Shown piece by piece: positions 63,808 through 64,000 of a stretch of DNA of 64,000 nucleotides. The stretch's first letter is position 1. Every line of letters starts with the position of its first letter. A model generated the notes under the pieces. It was not told the origin of the DNA and searched no databases. It worked only from the letters and a program-made list of their open reading frames with translations. Position numbers and translations under genes: made by a program. Source of the stretch: Eledone cirrhosa (lineage: Eukaryota); assembly GCA_964016885.1 (NCBI GenBank), contig OZ024743.1:318060001-318124000 (forward strand), given 5' to 3'.

Positions 63808-64000
63808 AAGTTTAATGCTTGAAGTTTTTGCTTTTTAAGGTTTAGTTAGGAGTAATGGCCAGAGCAGTTCGGCTTTGAAGGACTTCCAAGAACATATACA
63901 TACACTATGTGTGTGTGGTTAATATTGCATGCATGGTCCCAGAACTCCTGAGGGAGTCATAGGAGCACCATATTGACATACAATGTTTCTAGTGCATTTT

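Overview
Eukaryotic, AT-rich, repeat-dense animal genomic DNA; the RTE/SINE repertoire suggests a coleoid cephalopod (inference). The + strand carries 12 coding exons of a PPP1R37 (LRRC68)-like leucine-rich-repeat gene (13558-57643). Its N-terminal exon(s) were not found and probably lie upstream of the window. The introns are filled with transposons: a nested cluster of RTE-clade LINEs and a Penelope-like (GIY-YIG) element joined by (TA)n tracts (1-13.4 kb), a hAT transposon with perfect TIRs/TSD inside a Helitron, a compact Ty3/gypsy LTR element, tRNA-derived SINEs, TTAA-flanked MITEs, and two satellites (29-bp and 61-bp units). Most notable: (i) an antisense copy of host exon 3 inside a downstream intron of the same gene, a candidate ADAR-pairing element; (ii) a cluster of hammerhead ribozyme motifs from three families in one intron; (iii) a stop-containing tandem decoy copy of exon 7; (iv) an obligatory GC-AG intron; (v) a 61-bp satellite derived from the RTE 3' UTR, with intermediate stages visible in the window. 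All alignments and counts were made by eye.
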